A stretch of DNA of 64,000 nucleotides from Eledone cirrhosa (Eukaryota): assembly GCA_964016885.1 (NCBI GenBank), contig OZ024751.1, positions 49,166,001-49,230,000 of the forward strand, in the 5' to 3' direction. Position 1 is the stretch's first letter. The number at the start of each line of letters is the position of its first letter. Made by a program: the position numbers and the translations under genes. This document shows, one piece after another, positions 59,628-64,000 of the stretch. A model generated the notes under the pieces. It saw only the letters and a program-made list of their open reading frames with translations. It was not told where the DNA came from and made no database searches.

Positions 59628-61530
59628 GATATAAGAAACACCCCAGCCACTAAGTTATGCTTCTTCAGTTAGTGTATTCATGCAAGCCATCGTTGAGCCT
59701 GTTCTTATCCCGGTTTCAAGACGTGAAGCGGCTGAGAGTCCAATATTCTACTCTGGACACTAGACATACGTATGCAAATGCTCAGATATATCCCAGCATT
59801 GATTGCCGTGTATTCTTCTATCCCTAGTATACTGCTTTGAAAGCCATATTATCAGACATAACCTGTATAGCCTTCCTGAATGAAAGTGCTAGACAGCATA
59901 TGACTACGGTGTTCGAGAACCTTCACCATTTCAAAACATTAGGGTATAATGTGAATGGAATGTAGCTGCTACTTTTAGCATGCAGGAAGATAAATTATCC
60001 GATGATTTTTATATATGGGAGGCACGTCACTTTTATTCCAGTGAATGCTACACATATCATATCTAAGAAATATATATACATCAATGATGCAAAACATTTT
60101 TTAGCTGACCACAAAAATTCAATTATATATTTGTGAATATATGAAGAGGTCAAAAATAACAGCGCGAACCAGAAATTCACAAGGAACTGAAAATGATGAC
60201 AATAACAAACACAGCATAAGCTACAACAACAACAATCCAAAATTGGGCTGGAGATTTCAATTTGAGAATGTAGTATATTCAGGCTTATCAACGTTTGCGC
60301 TTAACACCTTAGTATATTCCATCCCTATTATATTTCATCCTTATTATATTGCATATGGTAGTGGATTGACACCCTATGTAATATATGCTTTATGACATAG
60401 AGTTAAAACCCTTTAAGTTCTGTGTTCAAATCCCACCGAGGTTAGCTTTGCTTTTCATCCTTACGAGATCGATAAAATAAAATGCTACTAATTCATTGGG
60501 GTCGATTGAATTGACTTCCCCTCGCCTAAGATCGTTAGTATTGTGCTGAAATCAAACACCCTTATACAGTAAAGATGAAATTTGCAAAGAATCCTCAAAT
60601 AATTTCAAGACAAGATAAAATATTGGTAAATATCACGGACTTAATTGTACCATCGTCCTCGGAGAAAATAATGTCAAAGACTTCCATCGCAGGTGTTTAA
60701 GCTGTTGAAACTAAATGACTTAAAGCATTCTCTCTACCTCGTTACTGATTCTACCAAGCACCCAAGCCAAACTTTTAAGACAGAAAACATTTGGAAGTAT
60801 TTGTTTCCGTCAGCTAAACTTTAGAATTTCTCAATACTTAACTTTCTTTATCCTTTAATTTCAAGTTATATATCGTTTAAAAGCCGATGTTAATCTCTCA
60901 TAAATCTCCATTAGGATTAATATTTGGACGCTTAACATTTCTTAACTAAATACAATACTGTCATTATTTCATTTGTCTCTTCCCTATTCTTTGCTTAATT
61001 TATTTCCTTCTCTGGTCTTCCTTTGATTTGTCGTGTAAATTCGCCTTGAAGTCAGGCAAAGGCATTTCCACTAAGTTCAGATGAAATTTTAAATCATGTC
61101 GTATTTTATTATCATTCTATATCTTAACGAGACGAGACATAATATTTATTGCTTATCCAAGTTGATGGAAATGAAAATGAAAATGAATACCAAAGTCAAA
61201 TATTAACAATTAATTCATATCAATAAATATATTACGTCAGCCCTACAATAGAGTAAGAATAATATAGCAGTAATAATGATATCGGAATGATATAAGAGAC
61301 GTCATAATATATAAATAGGCAAATAGAGTAATAATATAGTCACAATAACATTCTGTAGAAATAATAGCTTTACATATAACTACGACAACATTGGAATATT
61401 TGATAAAATATCGTTAGAGATTGCAAACAATGCAATAATACATGCAATTATAATATTGCAATACAGTAATAAGTACAAATAAAACAATAATATATATATA
61501 TATATATACATATATATGTATATATATATC

Positions 61531-61616
<86 letters not shown>

Positions 61617-61627
61617 TTTATATATAT

Positions 61628-61815
61628 AGGAAAATGTATGACCCCCACGGCAGAGCTCAAGCCGTTTCAACGCCTATTTCTGGACTAGCCGTCGAAACGG
61701 CTTGAGCTCTGCCGTTGGGGTCATACATTTTCCTATTACCCACTCTACTACCCTCAGTATTGAGTACTCTGGTGCGTTATGGTCCATCTGGTTCCTTACC
61801 ACAACTCCTTCGTTA
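61628..61815. mobile_element. Family B fold-back element in (TA)n (long arm on +)
   Basis: Arms ggaaaatgtatgacccc / ggggtcatacattttcc; junction tttctggac-tagccgtc. Confidence 0.88.
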
Positions 61816-61817
61816 TA

Positions 61818-61942
<125 letters not shown>

Positions 61943-61946
61943 GTAT

Positions 61947-61988
<42 letters not shown>

Positions 61989-62002
61989 ATACATTTATAT
62001 AT

Positions 62003-62118
62003 ATAAATATATGTATTGGTTTGATAATGATAACCATCTTAATGAAAATACCAATAATAAAAATAACGCTAATAGACGTAGTGGTGCTGGGAGCACCAGT
62101 GCAAGGAATGAATGTATT

Positions 62119-62193
<75 letters not shown>

Positions 62194-62931
62194 GAGAGAG
62201 GGGATAGAGAGAGGTATAGAAAGTCAGATAGAGATAGACAGAGAGAATCATAAATAGATAAATAGATAGATAGATAGATAGATAGATAGTAAAGAGAGGG
62301 AGAAAGAGACGTGTAAAGAAACTGAAATTTCGTTAGAATGTGTACGAGTGCAGATATTCGTTGAACCGGTTGACGTTTCGTTCTGGATCGGAATCATTGA
62401 TAGACGCAAACCAAAGTGCAACATCTGAAGAGATATCAGGAAATACATAACCGAATAGAAGTATTTCGCAGACATTCCACATATAAAAACACAAACGCGT
62501 ACACATATATATATATATATATATACATACACATATATATATGTATATATATATATGTATATATATACATATATATATATACATATATATATGTGTATGT
62601 ATATATATATATATATATATGTGTACGCGTTTGTGTTTTTATATGTGGAATGTCTGCGAAATACTTCTATTCGGTTATGTATTTCCTGATATCTCTTCAG
62701 ATGTTGCACTTTGGTTTGCGTCTATCGATGATTCCGATCCAGAACGAAACGTCAACCGGTTCAACGAATATCTGCACTCGTACACATTCTAACGAAATTT
62801 CAGTTTCTTTACACGTCTCTTTCTCCCTCTCTTTACTATCTATCTATCTATCTATCTATCTATTTATCTATTTATGATTCTCTCTGTCTATCTCTATCTG
62901 ACTTTCTATACCTCTCTCTATCCCCTCTCTC

Positions 62932-63006
<75 letters not shown>

Positions 63007-63122
63007 AATACATTCATTCCTTGCACTGGTGCTCCCAGCACCACTACGTCTATTAGCGTTATTTTTATTATTGGTATTTTCATTAAGATGGTTATCATTA
63101 TCAAACCAATACATATATTTAT
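62003..63122. repeat. 1.12-kb palindrome centred on (TA)n, with a third copy after the gap (63323-63900)
   Basis: Mirrored ORFs 62248..62709 - and 62416..62877 +; centre ~62562. Confidence 0.92.
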
Positions 63123-63322
63123 NNNNNNNNNNNNNNNNNNNNNNNNNNNNNNNNNNNNNNNNNNNNNNNNNNNNNNNNNNNNNNNNNNNNNNNNNNNNNN
63201 NNNNNNNNNNNNNNNNNNNNNNNNNNNNNNNNNNNNNNNNNNNNNNNNNNNNNNNNNNNNNNNNNNNNNNNNNNNNNNNNNNNNNNNNNNNNNNNNNNNN
63301 NNNNNNNNNNNNNNNNNNNNNN
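63123..63322. other. Assembly gap (200 N)
   Basis: Run of N. Confidence 1.
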
Positions 63323-63327
63323 TATTA

Positions 63328-63431
<104 letters not shown>

Positions 63432-63524
63432 AGAGAGAGAGAGAGGGAGAGAGAGAGAGAGAGGGGATAGAGAGAGGTATAGAAAGTCAGATAGAGATAG
63501 ACAGAGAGAATCATAAATAGATAA

Positions 63525-63556
<32 letters not shown>

Positions 63557-63802
63557 TAAAGAGAGGGAGAAAGAGACGTGTAAAGAAACTGAAATTTCGT
63601 TAGAATGTGTACGAGTGCAGATATTCGTTGAACCGGTTGACGTTTCGTTCTGGATCGGAATCATCGATAGACGCAAACCAAAGTGCAATATCTGAAGAGA
63701 TATCAGGAAATACATAACCGAATAGAAGTATTTCGCAGACATTCCACATCTAAAAACACAAACGCGTACACATATATATATATATATATACATACACATA
63801 TA

Positions 63803-63901
<99 letters not shown>

Positions 63902-64000
63902 ATATATATATACATATTTGTATGTGTGTATGTATGTATATATGTGTGTGTGTGTGAATGTGTGTATGTATACACTATACACGATGTTACACAGTTAGAT

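Overview
This is very AT-rich, microsatellite-saturated animal genomic DNA with one 200-N assembly gap. The SINE repertoire resembles what I recall from octopod cephalopods, but that is inference. I recognise no host protein-coding exon, and almost all listed ORFs are translations of (TA)n, (CA)n, (CTT)n and similar arrays. The real coding remnants are all retroelements. There are two Penelope-like elements (PLEs, probably Naiad-type): a GIY-YIG fragment at 38041-38421 inside a 1.65-kb inverted repeat, and an RT+GIY-YIG fragment at 53977-55231. There are also an R4/Dong-clade element (20161-21774, -), a Tx1/L1-like 3' end (19670-20120), a CR1-clade fragment (28173-29820) and a short bipartite RTE derivative (18851-19459, -). 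Other repeats include many tRNA-type SINEs, a Tc1/mariner-like MITE, minisatellites and (TA)n-centred palindromes. The main discovery is a set of short fold-back elements embedded in (TA)n arrays that carry type-I hammerhead ribozyme motifs from several sequence families. One family has an unusual ~115-nt extended stem II that is kept as a hairpin between diverged copies (42169-42323, mirror 36437-36591, diverged copy 16999-17136). Two of the families are physically linked to PLE coding sequence.
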